Source: Penicillus capitatus
Taxonomy: Eukaryota; Plantae; Chlorophyta
Length of the DNA stretch: 64,000 bases
Direction of reading: 5' to 3'
Assembly: GCA_965649825.1 (NCBI GenBank)
Contig: OZ287695.1
Coordinates: forward strand, 372,001-436,000
Shown piece after piece: positions 36,235 to 48,159 of the stretch; positions within the stretch are counted from its first letter, which is position 1, and each line of letters starts with the position of its first letter. The notes below the pieces were generated by a model. That model searched no databases, was not told the origin of the DNA, and saw only the letters and a program-made list of their open reading frames with translations. The translations under genes and the position numbers were made by a program.

Positions 36235-37692
36235 CTACACCACACGTGCATCGTTGGCAGGCGTGGAGGTCGTTGGCTTACGTGGCGGCTCGAAGACGTC
36301 TTCGAACGCCGCCGGCAGTTTCTCCGCCATCAAGAGCATCGTCCGAGTGGCATTGGTCACCCGACCCACGCTGGCCCGCAACGGAAACTTTGTGCAGTGA
36401 TCGCCGAAGGGATTGTCCAAAAGGGTGTGCATATTCAGAAGTCCTTGGTACGTCACATTCGCCATGGTCATCAGTACATAGCACCAGAAAATCATCCAGA
36501 CGCTCGTCTGGATATCGTCATCTGACTTCTTCGCCGCGCCAGCTCCGCCGCCAAAGAGCTCACCCAGTCGACCCGTGTGCAAAAAACTGCCAAACCAGGT
36601 GGCCAGTACCATGAGATAGACGTGGACAACGAAAGAGACGAGATGGACATAGGGATACGGCATCTGGGAGTTGATGGTATTGATGATGGAGGTGCCAGCC
36701 TCGACGATGCCGTTGATCTTGTTCAGCAGCAGGGGCAGCATCTGCGGAGCGGCGACGAGCCATTCTGCCGCCTTGCATCGGTTCACGAGAGACTGCGTCC
36801 AGTAGTATACCATCTCAAAGGCGGCCATACCATCGTTCTCGGCATCGTTAAGCAGCTCCCATTCATCTCGATTCATCAACCCCTCGCTGACCATGTTGTC
36901 AAACGTGAGGAGATTACGCGGTTTTTGCAGGGCCTTGGCGTAAACGGGCGAACCGGACTGTACGGAGAAGGTCGTGTTGAGGCCCTGATTGCGGATTCTG
37001 TGGAAGGACGATTTCATGGAGTCGACGAGCGATCGCAGACCATACGCCTTCTTATACCCTTCATTCTGCGCATCCGCCTTGGCAAGCACAAGCAGATGGC
37101 CCAAATTGAGCAGACGTGTGATTTCGGTCCGGGCGCGTTGGACACGGAGGTCTTCGGCGTTCTGCGGATTCTTGATCGTGTTGGCCACTATCATGCAGAG
37201 ATCCGTCGTCGTGCCCATGAGCTTCGCATAGGCCGCACGGATACTCCACCAGCGATTGACGACGAGGGTGATGAAGAGACCGAGGGTGAAGATGACGAGC
37301 ATGCCACAGTTGAAGATGCCGCCAATGTAGGGCGTGCCAAACATGGTGACCAATGTCGCAAGGTCGTCGTCGCGGACACCGAGTCCCGTGATGTGAATCG
37401 CCGCCATCCACAGTAACAAGGCATAGTTCTGTACGTGGAGATAGATGTCGGCGAAGACGGTCGCCTTCCAGTTGCGCATAACGGCCATCGGAATCCATCC
37501 GTAGTAATGCAAGTGTCCGGGGCGGTACTTCAGAACGCGGTCGGGGTGATGCTGCCAGAGGATGTCGCGCTTGGGCATGGCATGGGTGGTGACGCGCTTC
37601 TGCTCGACGGTCTTGCGCGTCTGGCTGCGGAAATGAAAATCCTCGCGACGGCGATGCGTGCTGTCTTGCACATTATCGAACGGCGACGCCAT
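36235..37692 (-). CDS. Bestrophin-family anion channel (intronless)
   Basis: LVIFTLGLFITLVVNRWW, MPYPYVHLV and LLDNPFGD motifs, with several hydrophobic helices. ATG at 37692 preferred; an in-frame upstream ATG exists at 37842. Confidence 0.88.
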   Translation of the reverse strand: MASPFDNVQDSTHRRREDFHFRSQTRKTVEQKRVTTHAMPKRDILWQHHPDRVLKYRPGHLHYYGWIPMAVMRNWKATVFADIYLHVQNYALLLWMAAIHITGLGVRDDDLATLVTMFGTPYIGGIFNCGMLVIFTLGLFITLVVNRWWSIRAAYAKLMGTTTDLCMIVANTIKNPQNAEDLRVQRARTEITRLLNLGHLLVLAKADAQNEGYKKAYGLRSLVDSMKSSFHRIRNQGLNTTFSVQSGSPVYAKALQKPRNLLTFDNMVSEGLMNRDEWELLNDAENDGMAAFEMVYYWTQSLVNRCKAAEWLVAAPQMLPLLLNKINGIVEAGTSIINTINSQMPYPYVHLVSFVVHVYLMVLATWFGSFLHTGRLGELFGGGAGAAKKSDDDIQTSVWMIFWCYVLMTMANVTYQGLLNMHTLLDNPFGDHCTKFPLRASVGRVTNATRTMLLMAEKLPAAFEDVFEPPRKPTTSTPANDARVV

Positions 37693-37840
37693 GGTGCCGC
37701 GCTCGGGGACGTCGAATGGCAACGAACAAGGCGGGTGGTAAAGATGCGTCTCGGCAAAGATGCGTTCGTTATGTGATGATGATGACAATGTCCGAAGTAC
37801 ATGCGTCAACGGTGGTGCGTGGGTGGGTGTATTGATAGCC
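37693..37840. promoter_or_regulatory. Short divergent intergenic region, bestrophin / kinesin
   Basis: 148 nt between the head-to-head start codons at 37692(-) and 37841(+). Confidence 0.55.
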
Positions 37841-40625
37841 ATGGTGCAGAAGAGCTTGATTGTGGGCGTCCGTGTGCGACCGGTATTGCCTTTTGAGTTG
37901 GCGCGCAACGAACAGTCGAAGGACATTCTGAGAGTGATGAACAATCGAATGGTCGTCGTGCTGGATCCCGACGAATCTAAAGTATGGCGTCGCTTTCTTG
38001 GACGTCACTGAACGCACGCACGCGTTTTTGTTTTGGCGTAGGGGTATCTTGACCAATTGGCTAACCGTAGCAAAGAAAAGCGCTACACATTCGACTGCGC
38101 CTTTTCGCCAGAGGTACATCGGCAGAAGGCGAAGTGGATGCGAGTGCGCGACAGGCGACGAATCGGACGATCTATGATGGGACGGTGAAAGAGTTGGTCA
38201 GCGGTGTGATGGATGGACTGAACGGTACGGTCTTCGCTTACGGCGCCACAGGCTCTGGAAAGACGCACACGATGTTGGGTACGACGTCGTACGTCCATAC
38301 CAAACGACACTCGACGTTTTGGGCATGGTATAGGAACGCCGGACGATCCAGGACTGATGGTGCTCTCCCTCGAGGAGCTTTTTGTCGAGAAGCAACGTCG
38401 CGACACAAGTGAAGAGGTCGACGTGACGTGTTCCTACCTCGAAGTCTACAACGAAGTCCGCCTCGCCCGTCGGCAGGAGTCAAAGGGCGATGGGTGCCGC
38501 TACAGGTGATCTACGATTTGCTGATCGAGAAACCGAGTGCGCTGGAGTTGAGAGAAGATCCGGCACAGGGCGTTCAGGTCGCCGGTCTCACACGTGTGCG
38601 CGTGGAGACGGTGGAGGAGATAATGGTAAAGTCTCTCACTCTCGTCCAGGGCCAAAAGTGTGACCGTTGAGTAGGGTCTACTGAATGAGGGGAATAAGAG
38701 AAGGAAGACGGACAGCACGAGCGCAAACCAAGCGTCGTCGCGATCTCACGCCGTGCGTGCGATGGGGGAGTGAGACTCTTGGCGAGGTGATGCTGCTCTG
38801 TAGGTGCTGGAGATCGTCGTGCGTCGTTTGGCGCCGGAGCATTACCGACGCAACGAACTGCGCGGAAAACTGTGTCTCGTCGATCTCGCAGGTTTCGCCT
38901 GGCGTCGTGGCGGCGGCGGGTCGGTGTACCATGGGGATGCCGTTTAGGAAGCGAGCGCGCTGCCGAGACGCATAACGTGGGGCAGAAGCTTCGTGACGGC
39001 GCCAACATTAATCGCTCGTTGCTCGCTCTGGCCAACTGCATCAACGCCCTTGGCAAGCGAAAGAAGCGTGGAATGGCGTACGTTCCTTACAGGCACGTCT
39101 GACGAGATCGTCCCTCTCTGCGAATCGTGCGCTGTCTTGTGATAGGAACAGTAAATTGACGCGACTGCTGAAGGATGGACTGAGCGGCAATTCTGCCACG
39201 GCGATGATTGCGACCGTCGCCGCCTCGTCCGATCAGTACCATCACTCCATCAACACCCTCAAGGTATGTGGCTTGGTTTATCGCTTTTCGCCGCTGATCC
39301 GATCGCGTCGATGCGTGCAGTATGCCGATCGGGCGAAAGAGATCAAGACGGACGTCATTCCGAACGTCGGCACGATCGAGAGTCACATCAGCGACTACCG
39401 AAAGATTATTGATAACTTACAGGTGATCACACTTTTCTATATTTCTCACACTTTTGTGGTGTGTGGTCGTCAGGCGGAAGTGCAGACACTAAAGACGCAG
39501 CTGGACGAGCGCCCTGCCGTTCACGAAGCGACGAGCGTCGACGATCAGTTGAGTTGGATCGACCATCTCGCCTCCGAGATCAACGAAAACGTCGAGGAGC
39601 GTATCAATCTCCAGAAGGCGCTGTTCGAGATCGAAGACGTCAATGTCTGCAACAGATTCGAATTGAAGAACCTGGACGAGTGCCTCGGCGCTTCGGATCT
39701 GAGTTCAGATGAAGAGAGGGAGCTGAACGAACGGCGAGAGAATATTGTGGAGAATATTAAAGAGAATGCCGAAGCGGGTGTGCGTTGTCGGCACGATATC
39801 GATGCGAACGAACGCACACGATATCAGATTCAGCAGCGCATTGAGGAAGGCATGGAGCACTACCAGAGCGCCTCCTTTCTCAAAATCTTGAGCACCTTTC
39901 GTCTACAGGCCGTTCGTCTTCAGGTACTGTACTTGAGAAGGACAGAGGGTGATGGGTGCCGGGATAGGAGTTTCAATTTCAGATGGCGATTCGTGATCAG
40001 ATCATCGCCGAACAGAGAAGCGTCATACGCAATCTGTGGAGTGTCATGGAGTACTCGGGTCTGGACAGAGAGGCTGTGCTAGAGATTGCGCACAACGAAG
40101 GTATGCGGCCGAATCTCGATGGAATAGTGCAGGGGGGATCTTATGCGTTTGTTGTCAGGTATTCTGCTGGAACCGTATCTAGAGACGTCACATCATGCGC
40201 CAACCGTCGGTGCTTCTGAGCTGCTGGCGTTGCTGAATACCGAACGATCCGGTGCGCGCACCGTCCAACCGAGAGATGGATCGCGACGAGCGGAGGACGA
40301 GCGGCGGAGCGAAGAGAAGGAAAGCGATACGTCACTTAGCGACGGCAGCGAACGCAGCAGCGGCAGCTCGACCGCGTTTTCTTCCACAAAGCCCCCTGCT
40401 ATGACACCGACGTCTCGCCTTGACACACAGGGACCTGTCGTTTCCCGGCCGCCTTCAGGAAAACGCACAGATCGGACGCTGCAGAACTCGGCCATATCGC
40501 CGAGTGTATTGCCAACGGCCAACGCACAGAGCGACGCGTCCATCAATACCTGTCCTCGCTCGTCAACATCTTCCGTCGACGATCTGTCCAACGCACAACC
40601 GTCGCGTTTACCAAGGCCACAGTGA
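37841..40625 (+). CDS. Kinesin-8 family motor (KIF18/KIF19-like)
   Basis: [41 protein letters not shown], spliced [48 protein letters not shown]. Followed by coiled coil and a Ser-rich tail ending TGA 40625. About 11 short introns. Confidence 0.93.
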
Positions 40626-40924
40626 GACACCGGACGCATTACCTAGCTTCCATACATGGCGCGTTTCAGATCGCCGCCTTCGTTGCCTATGCGTGAACGC
40701 GAACGCCGCCGCATTCAGCTCGAGTTACTCAAGAGCCTGTCCAGACGTGGCACGAAGGCGCCGCCGCCGAAATAAAGCCTCGAAGCATCCAGCCGCCCCT
40801 ATGCTCCGTTAGGAGACCGATCATCTTTTGCGCCTTACAGACACCCATCCATCTTTTGCCATTTGCGTGTTTGACAAGAACTCTAAAAAATCGTTTCTGG
40901 CGCAAAAGGATCATCAAGTTTTTT

Positions 40925-43072
40925 TCACGCCGTCTCCGTGTGCTTTCTTTCGTCCTGCACGAGGGCGACGTGCGGCACTTCCTCGTCGTCTTCCGGAAGC
41001 AGCAGATGGAGCGTGACGGCGACAAATCCTCCGAGAAAGTAAGGGACACGCATCATCGATATGATAGCAAACTGTAACGTATGGACGACGTCGTTTGGGT
41101 CCTCGCCCAGCGGCCAGAGGTCGTAATCGATAAAGTTCTCCGCGAGGAGATTGCCCAGTCCAAAGAGAAACGAATAGAACATGATCGTACCGGTGCGCCC
41201 ATCCCACGATTCTCTCCGGAGAATCTAGAAACCACACAAGTGTGAGAAAAGGATCTCACTCAATAGATCGCGCCCTCTTACACGCAATCCGCATTGAACG
41301 ATGTTAGCAGCGAACGTCGCGATGATGGCGCCCTTGATCACGAGGGGCATTTCGTCGATGAGCGCCAGGAGATGACCAAAGAGGCCAAAAAGAAGGAGAA
41401 TGATGGCGCCCATGATGCCGGCCATTCGCGAAGCGACTTTCGACGAGGAGATGAAGGCATTGTTTTCTGCGATAGGGACGACGGGGATCCCTGTTGCCAA
41501 GACAGCAAAGAAAGACATCACCGCCGTCAAGGTCAGGCCTCCCTGCCAAACAGCGCACCGTTCGATATGGCGGCGGGGTTGTGGAGGGAAAGCGAGACAC
41601 ACCTGAATACGGGCGTCGGCCTCGGCACCTGTCACATCAATTTTGGACTCCTCCAGAGTCGCCGTCAGGACGGCCGTGGTGTACATATAGGAGACAACGA
41701 AGGTTCCCAGGACGGGCATAAAAACGGATTTGTGGACGCCCAGCGTGTAGGTCTAGGTCACAGAGATTCGCTGAGAAAGGCAGAGGTGGGCGATGACGTG
41801 ACCTTTTCCCAGAGATAGTTAAACGCTTGTGCCCGATCCATAAGGTCACCCGAGACGTAGTGCTTTCCATCCCGGGTCACAAACATGGACAGTATGTAAG
41901 GAACCATGACGGCCACGAACACTGAGTTTTGGCGCAGGAATGCTGAGCCGAAGAAGTGAATGAGCAGCAAGATCGCCACCACCATGAATCCCAGACCTGC
42001 CACCGGCAACACACAGCGATCCCATCCAGCCGAAACCAGCTGCGCGTTACCAATGTACTCTGGACTGCCGTAAGTCAGGTGGACGTTTCCATTGAAGTGA
42101 CAGGGCGGTTTCGTCGCTACGGCACAGTCACTACCGCCTCCCCACAACTCAATACCTGCGGAAAAGCGAGAGACGTGAGATGACGACGCATGTCGGCATG
42201 ACCTCCAGATAGGCAGTTCAGGCCGATCAAAACGAGAATGCTTCCCGTAACGGCAGGCGGGAATAGTACTCGAACATAGTGTCGAGGGATAAGGGTCAGA
42301 CCGATGAAGAATACAGCACAGATGGCGGCGGAACCCAGTACTTTACCGTAGGCATCCGGGAGCGGAATCTGATCATCCGTCGAAATCTTCCTAAAACCAC
42401 CCGCCGCCAGTCACACGTGCGTAAAAGAGTGAGAGTAACCAAGCGAGTCGCAGGAAGAGGTTGCTGATGACCATGGAGTTGCTGAGAAATGCACTCATGC
42501 CTGTTCCGATGTAGTACTGGGTTCCCGGGATACGGATGTGCATACATTGCAGCAGACTGGCGATTCCCGAGATGATAAACGCCGACTGGACCGTATCTGT
42601 TCATGCGCGCGCCATAAACACAGAGAGTGTTCGGCACGGAAACGAGATCTTCACGTACATTGAGCATCGAATGCACCGGGAATGGCGTATGCGAAGGTAA
42701 GGGCGGCGGAAATTACCGGCCCGAATGCGGCTCCCATGTGCTGTATACCGAGCAAGATGTTCAACAGCAGCGGGATGAATTCACCGATGCCGCGAAAACG
42801 CAGATGCGGTGTCTCTGTGCTTTTCTTCTTATAGATGGAAAGCGGCTACAGTCGACGACGTCGGGTCGCATTAGGTGTGTTCGTGGCAGCGATAGGGGTA
42901 CCTTGCACATGTAGGTCCAGTCGATGTCTCCTAGCAACCATCCCTTCGTCGTGGCAGGCGGAACCGACGACCGAGGCGTGCAGCTCGCTCCGTCGGCGAA
43001 GCTGTCGCTCGTGGCATGCGAGAGAAGAGGTTGCTGCGTCGGGAAAGTGCTCGATCCGCTTGTGTGTTCCAT
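40925..43072 (-). CDS. Nucleobase-ascorbate transporter (NAT/NCS2, xanthine/uracil permease family)
   Basis: GFQHLAxY-like TM1 region, GIGMSAFLS, VLFPPAVTG, signature region PVVPIAENNAFISSSKVASRMAG, PLVIKGAII, LGGFVAVTLHLLLP. Multi-exon; start codon tentative. Confidence 0.85.
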
Positions 43073-43834
43073 CGTCGAATGCTGGCCACACGAACGCACA
43101 CGCGACGACGATTTTACTTCCACGAATGGATGTGACAGCGTGCAGCCTGTCACATCACGGGGTCGATGTCGTTTCTGCTCTCTTCTGTGTCGCTGCACGT
43201 TTTGCTCGCGCTCAGTCGAAAGGGTAAGGTGATGAGAAGTCGTGATATCGGCACAGACGGTGTCTAGGCTGTTCGGCAGCGGCATCCGCCGTCGTGGTAC
43301 ATGAGACGTTCCAGGGCAGTTCCACACTTGACCCATACGACGTGGCGCTCTGTCAATTGGCAACGCCTTCGACGCAGACACCCATCGCTCTCGCAGATAC
43401 CGCTATCGAAACGGGTACGCGCATTGCGGGATCTGTCAGCGTTGTATGCGGTGTCCGATAGGCGAGGCGATAGATATCGTCGGTTGGGGACGTGTGGAAT
43501 CGCAGGGGGGGCGTTATCCGATGTCTTGCAGCTCGATGCGAATCGACGTGTCGTTTCGTGCGTTGCCGATTGGCCCAACATCGATTCCGCCTGCGCTTGC
43601 ATAACCACGAGCCAATGCTCCGGTGCCAATCCTCTTCGCTTCACGACGAGCACATGAACGTCGTTTCATGTCGTCCAAGGCGACACCGGCAGTCACATCA
43701 CATATCGGGAGACATGGCGATGCCGGTCATGGGGGACTGTTGCTTTGCAGAACGTCCAGCGCCGTTTCTCGACGTGGGTCCATTGCACACATGGATCTCA
43801 GAGAATACTTAACAGAGCAACGTGCATCGAGTCA

Positions 43835-44762
43835 TTAGATGGGCGCCATATACTTGATTTCCCTCGTTTTTGGATCCCTGAGGATACCCAAATGCGAATC
43901 GGAATCCGGATCGCGTGATAGACGATCTTTTCGATTGTTCTTCTCGAAAACGATCTGATCGAACGTCTTTGAATTTTCTTCCAGGTGCCATTCGGCGAGT
44001 TCGGCATAGCGACCGGCTGAGGCGATGATGAAGTCGATCTCTTCTGCCGTCAGTGAACGGAGCAGCTTCGCAGGAGATCCAGCCCAGACTTGACCGCTGC
44101 CGACGACGACGTTGGGCGGGACGACGGCACCGGCCGCGACAATGGAATTCGCTTCCATGCGTACACCGTCCAAGAGCGTCGCTCCCATTCCCACGAGGCA
44201 GCCATCCGCTATCGAACATGCATGCAGCACCGCTCCATGACCTGCCGCGCACAAAAGTGTGACCTCACAAAATGTGTGAGCCCTTACCAACGGTCACATT
44301 GCTGCCGATGCTAGTTGGCTTGGGCACTTGGGGTGGTAACGGATGCTTTGCGACGTGGACAATGACGTTGTCCTGTATGTTCGTTCGTTCGCCGATCACC
44401 ACCTGGTTCACATCTCCTACAGGACGAGATGGGCGACGGAGGGGACAAGTGACGGCAGACCTCGGATGACGGAGCCGTACCAGATCGACGCCCGGTCTCC
44501 CACTTTGACATTTCCCACCAGAGCGGCGTTGGGCGCAACAAAGACGCCTTGACCCAGTACGGGTTTGACACCTGCGTACTGTGTCAAGGCGAGCGTCGGG
44601 ACCACTAGAGCACACAAGGTTGAGATGGCGTCGAGGTGGAGGCGGAGAAGGAGGACGTTTCTCAACGTAGCCGCATTTTCCTTGCACGCCCGCGCCGAGA
44701 CTGTCGATGGCTTGTCCAGCGGAACGCAGAACAGATCCGATGGCGGAGAAGATTCGCGACAT
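43835..44762 (-). CDS. Mitochondrial gamma carbonic anhydrase (complex I CA domain subunit)
   Basis: MSRIFSAIGSVLRSAGQAIDSLG N-terminus. Hexapeptide repeats FVAPNAALVGNVKVG and SIWYGSVIRGD. IGERTNIQDNVIVH, GHGAVLHAC, VGMGATLLDG, GQVWAGSPAKLLR. Ends YMAPI*. Confidence 0.95.
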
Positions 44763-44820
44763 CGTGAATCCGCGACGGAGCGGAGTGGATGGGCGTAACG
44801 TGGGTCATCAATTTTGCCAG
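44763..44820. promoter_or_regulatory. 58-nt divergent gap, gamma-CA / WD40 gene
   Basis: Start codons at 44762(-) and 44821(+). An in-frame upstream ATG for the WD40 gene at 44740 overlaps the gamma-CA CDS. Confidence 0.5.
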
Positions 44821-46484
44821 ATGCATTCGAAGGGACACTACGGTGGAACGGACCTCCGACGTACGTTCAAGACACCCGAAGGCTCTTACCAACTCAAATC
44901 CGAAACGCGCCATGGACAGGTCGCACACGCCACGTCGCTTGCCTCCTTACCATACATGCCATACCAGGTCACCTACATGGACCGTCAGTCCGCACGCATG
45001 ACGCTCGGATGCGTGGAGGACGGCGATGAGAAGGGCGACTATATCATCTTCAACATTGGCGATGCATTACACCTGCTGCACTTTGATAACGACGAAGGAG
45101 TGAGATCACATCTTCTGCTGGATTGTGATTAAGGGGATATGGGTGACAGGACTCAGTTAAGGTCATCTACTTTCGACGCGATGTCTTTCCGACGTGTCAT
45201 TGCTTCGCTCCTGCCTCCGACGACGCCGATGTCCTTGTCGGATTGTCCAGTGGCGAAGGTCGTGTATGCGTTGAATGGTAAAGGTGTCTGGATCGATGGC
45301 TGTCGTGTCGTGCAGTGATGTTGCTGTCGCTACGGTCGCTGCTCCAAGGCGGGCAATACAATGCACAAGTCTCGCCGCTTGCCACCTTTACGGGGTCCTA
45401 TCGTCTGGATGAAGAGACGTCGTGTACTTCCGTCGTCTGGACATCGAAAGAGAATCCGACGCATTTCGTGGCGACGTATTCCGACGGCAATCTGCGAATC
45501 TTTGAGAAGCCGAGAACGGGACCGGCATACGACACGCGAGCGTTGAGAGGGATCACGGCAGAGGAGACGATGGACATTGGCGGCGGCTGCATTCAAGACG
45601 CCGCCACGTCGCCAGACGGGTCGAAACTCGCCGTCGTCTCCAAAGATGGACTCCTTCGCGTCTTCGATGCCACGTCACGTCAGCTACAGACGGGATTCCA
45701 AGTAGCGTCCCTTATCGCCAGAAGGTGGCTGCGATCGTTGTGGTCGGGCGCAGAGTTACTATGGTGGACTGCTGTGCTGCGCGTGGAGTCCAGACGGTAA
45801 GTATGTGGCAACGGGCGGCGAGGATGATCTCGTCGCCGTGTTCTGTATCGAGCAAGGCGCCGTCATCGCTTTCGGCGAAGGTCACACTTCCTGGATCTCG
45901 CAAGTCGCTTTCGACCCAGGGTAACGTCACATCGCGTTTGCATTGACGAAAGGGCGTGATCGCAGAGTCGAGGCGATTCAGAACAGCGCCCTCGGTGTGG
46001 CACACGAACCGCATTCGTTTATCTACCGGGTCGGATCGGTGGCGCAAGATACCCAAGTTGCTCTGTGGGATTTCGAAGTCGATCTGTCGTTACCCACTCC
46101 ACAGTAAAGCCAATCGCCGCCGAGACGTCGATTCTATTCTCTCTAGTGGTTCGGCCGTCTCGACACCGAAGCATTCGTTGACGGCGAACGGTATCGTGGA
46201 CGAGAACGAGGAATCGTGCATTGCCTCGGCGATTCCGCACCGAAATATGGTGATGATTCCGCCCGTCATGCTGCACAAGTGAACGCCGTCGATGCCGCGG
46301 ATCTGTGCTGAAGGTGTTGTGCTGCAGATTGCATCCGGATCCTGTGACGGATATCGTCTTCACGTCCAATCGGATGTTCACTTGCGACTGTAGTGGTCAT
46401 GTACGTTATTGGTCCAAGCCTGCTGCCCAAACTGTATCGTCCCCGCACACGCCGTCGATCCTGGGAGAGCGAGATAGTTTGTAG
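44821..46484 (+). CDS. WD40 protein, WDR20/DMWD (dystrophia myotonica WD) type
   Basis: TFKTPEGSYQL, DYIIFNIGDAL, SPDGSKLAVVSKDGLLRVFD, SYYGGLLCCAWSPDG, GEDDLV, GHTSWISQVAFD, RFGSVAQDTQVALWDF. Last exon LHPDPVTDIVF...WSKP ends TAG 46484. Confidence 0.9.
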
Positions 46485-47697
46485 AATAGGGAGGGGGGCG
46501 TCGAGAGATGCCTGTGACAACGGCTGACTGTAGTTGACGTCCATTGTTGTAGCTGTCAAGTGTAAATGCGATACCCTTGTCGGAAAGCGGCAGGATCGTA
46601 AAGATCAGAAGTCGGTGAAACGGTGAAATGACAGGGTCATGTCAGATGCGAAGGGAACGGAAACGACTCCTGTCACATGTGACGTGACGGGTATGTCGGG
46701 AGCAACTTTGCCGGTTCGTCGACGTCGCCATACACAGTGGCGGAACCTGAACACAACCGACGAGACACACGTAGAGACCAAGTGCTCATGGCTGCACGAG
46801 GATCCGTTTCTGCGAAGTCTCGGCGTGGTTGACGATGAATGTCACTCGGAAGATGACTTATCAGTGGCAATATTGAATCCTTTAGAAAGTATACCGTTCC
46901 TCAGTAGATCCGATACAGAATCGGCACTCGACCGTATTGTTCTCAAACTACAAATGAATTAAGCGCTGATGCGTCATGTGTTGTAAAAGATTATAAAAAC
47001 AGCCGTCGGCAACAATTCAGAGTGCTTAGTCACTTTTACCAACCACGCACGGTTTGCTGATCTCTATCTAGTCTGCGAAAAGTGAAACGTGTTGACTTAA
47101 GCTTTCCATCGCCAGAAGGAGATAGGTATTGAACGTGTCTTCACGATAAAAAGTAAGAAGCAAGGTCAGAGGTTGACGTATCCTTCATCACGTCGGGGAT
47201 TTAAGGCGCCGACTTTGTTCTCTGATGGAACCAAATGTTTCGATATATAATGCTTCGATACTCTGCGACAGACATTCCACCCTTCTGTCGGCTCCTTCTG
47301 CGAGAACTTCGATCCCAATTGCCTGCGACGCTGGATTTCTCGTTTAGTCAGCGAAACGGCTATCGAGGAGACGTTTGCGAGGAAGCCGACGCAAAACTTA
47401 TCATTTAAACAGAAGACAGTACATAGCTCAAACTATCTCCTTAAACATGCTCGGGAACGTCGCCCCAAAGACTCGAACTTACAAAAGACGGAATTGCGTT
47501 TCTAGGACATTTACACTAACGGATTCGAAGGATTTTGCTATTTATCTCCGTTGATCCGGTTTCCACGTGTGTGGCTCTTTTTTACTAGTTGAGGATTCTT
47601 ACGTAAATATTCAGAATCGAAATTATTAGTTGTTTTTCTTAGAGAACGAGGTCAAGTAGGTTTGCATTTCTCCCATGTTGTTTGTGCATGTCGTTTC

Positions 47698-47937
47698 CTG
47701 CCTACGTTGCGCCTGCTGTTTGCTGCCTACGTTGCGCCTGCTGTTTCCTGCCTACGTTGCGCCTGCTGTTTGCTGCCTACGTTGCGCCTGCTGTTTCCTG
47801 CCTACGTTGCGCCTGCTGTTTCCTGCCTACGTTGCGCCTGCTGTTTGCTGCCTACGTTGCGCCTGCTGTTTGCTGCCTACGTTGCGCCTGCTGTTTGCTG
47901 CCTACGTTGCGCCTGCTGTTTGCTGCCTACGTTGCGC
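47698..47937. repeat. 25-bp minisatellite, about 9.6 units (ctgcctacgttgcgcctgctgttt[g/c])
   Basis: cctacgttgc recurs every 25 nt from 47701. Only the last base of the unit varies. No spacers. Confidence 0.95.
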
Positions 47938-48159
47938 GTGGTTGTTGCACATCCTGTGCATGCCTCACCTTCCGGCACGTTGTTGTATATGCCGTTTCTA
48001 CCGTGCCGATGTCATGTAACGTTAAAGTCCTTTAGATACAAGACATCGAACATCTTCAAGAGCGTCGAGCATCTTAGGGTCGTTAACGATAGCATTGTCA
48101 AGATCAGAGTATCAAGTGAACACAACGGGCAAAGATACGTTATACATGAACCACACGGA

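Noticed and set aside
36577-37416. 279-aa plus-strand ORF
   Set aside because: Antisense shadow of the GC-rich bestrophin CDS, with no motif.
43264-43653. 129-aa ORF between the transporter and gamma-CA
   Set aside because: No motif or clear splice structure. It could be UTR and is left unresolved.
46639-46962. 107-aa ORF downstream of the WD40 gene
   Set aside because: No recognisable homology or introns. Probably UTR or intergenic.
47698-47937. Possible CRISPR array, and three overlapping Cys/Leu-rich ORFs (47662-48174)
   Set aside because: Units abut with no unique spacers and the context is eukaryotic. The ORFs are artefacts of a stop-free 25-bp repeat.
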